DNA of 32,000 nucleotides from Gammaproteobacteria bacterium (GTDB lineage Bacteria; Pseudomonadota; Gammaproteobacteria; JBIOEC01): NCBI GenBank assembly GCA_965279305.1, contig OZ257143.1, positions 150,001 to 182,000 of the forward strand, read 5' to 3'. Shown piece by piece: positions 31,623 to 32,000 of this stretch (position 1 is its first letter; each line of letters starts with the position of its first letter). The notes under the pieces were generated by a model. It saw only the letters and a program-made list of their open reading frames with translations, ran no database searches and was not told where the DNA came from. The position numbers and the translations under genes were made by a program.

Positions 31623-31649
31623 TTAGCACTCTGGTGCATCGAGTGCTAA
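31623..31649. promoter_or_regulatory. Perfect 9-bp inverted repeat ttagcactc-N9-gagtgctaa upstream of the 76-aa gene
   Basis: Read directly. Lies 33-59 nt upstream of the ATG at 31590 (- strand). Candidate operator or 5' UTR hairpin. Confidence 0.4.
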
Positions 31650-31946
31650 TTTTAACAAAGTTAGTCAGAATGTCAAACACGCAACGAAAAGTACGCAGCT
31701 AATGCAAAGCCCATCCCAATACCGTGGCATAGGAACTAGGAAATTATAAGACCTATGTGTATTATTGATAATAAGAACATAAAAAAATAAGAATATAAAT
31801 ATGTTCTATTACATAAGCAGGCAAGAATTAAAAAGTTAAATAACTTTCACAGTTTCCATAGTAAGAAAACACGAACGACTGAAATCAATATAAGGCATGC
31901 TAACGTTCAAAAAAGTATTAAAAAATAATTTATAGGATATTACATT

Positions 31947-32000
31947 ATGGACAACAAAGAATTTTCTTTTACAAATAAATCAGCGATAAAAGCCGTTAAT
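31947..32000 (+). CDS. Possible 5' end of a + strand ORF running off the window (MDNKEFSFTNKSAIKAVN..)
   Basis: ATG at 31947 is open to the window end. No clear SD and only 18 codons are visible. Confidence 0.25.
   Translation, partial: MDNKEFSFTNKSAIKAVN

Larger units (their letters stand above)
23478..32000 (+). mobile_element. ssrA-integrated genomic island (P4-type integrase + AlpA), left end at the tmRNA 3' end, right end beyond the window
   Basis: The integrase gene lies 196 nt after the tmRNA CCA. AlpA-like and RHH regulators, orphan or TA-like cargo, internal repeats and heterogeneous base composition are all present. The layout matches E. coli ssrA-intA-alpA (CP4-57). Confidence 0.85.

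Noticed and set aside
31759-31777. Fur-box-like attattgataataagaac in the AT-rich region upstream of the partial + strand ORF
   Set aside because: Only two of three GATAAT-type hexamers fit. In sequence this AT-rich such matches are expected by chance.
31773-31807. 7-bp inverted repeat agaacat-N20-atgttct in the terminal AT-rich region
   Set aside because: The stem is short, the loop is long and the context is AT-rich. It is not distinguishable from chance.

Overview
AT-rich (by eye about 35-40% GC) gammaproteobacterial chromosome segment. All calls rest on reading the supplied translations and DNA; no database search was possible.

The organism is probably an intracellular Legionellales-like bacterium. 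This is inference only, from the gene content plus many orphan coiled-coil and hydrophobic-hairpin ORFs.

Positions 1-20.4 kb are mostly core genes: a MaoC-Pta fusion with ackA, mgtA, typA/bipA, trmL, glnA, pit with a DUF47 regulator, mutH, fur, and bamE-rnfH(ratB)-ratA-smpB. These are interrupted by lineage-specific ORFs:
- a 770-aa protein with multiple hydrophobic hairpins;
- two tandem, weakly paralogous ORFs of 320 and 289 aa, the second ending in a CaaX-like CRVQ;
- a 399-aa protein with a Thr/Ala/Pro low-complexity region.

A tmRNA gene (ssrA, 23073..23477, tag ANEDNFDGAYALAA) is followed directly by an intact P4-type integrase. With a downstream AlpA-like excisionase regulator this defines an ssrA-targeting integrative island from 23478 to beyond the window end. 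No attR was seen in the window.

The island is mosaic. Three copies of an alpA-upstream repeat delimit cargo cassettes:
- a DUF2971 protein;
- a DUF4160 protein with a small antitoxin-like partner;
- a module of unknown function;
- a relatively GC-rich 324-aa ORF with a DUF1737-like partner.

The most unusual signal is a two-gene module of unknown function: an 'L' protein of about 325-340 aa followed by an 'S' protein of about 154-193 aa. It occurs twice in diverged form.
- One copy is wedged between smpB and ssrA, outside the island (20996..22699).
- The other copy is inside the island, with its S gene tandemly duplicated (26803..28832).
- Each copy is preceded by the same conserved 27-nt upstream motif.

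No CRISPR array, rRNA, tRNA, IS element or transposase was recognised.
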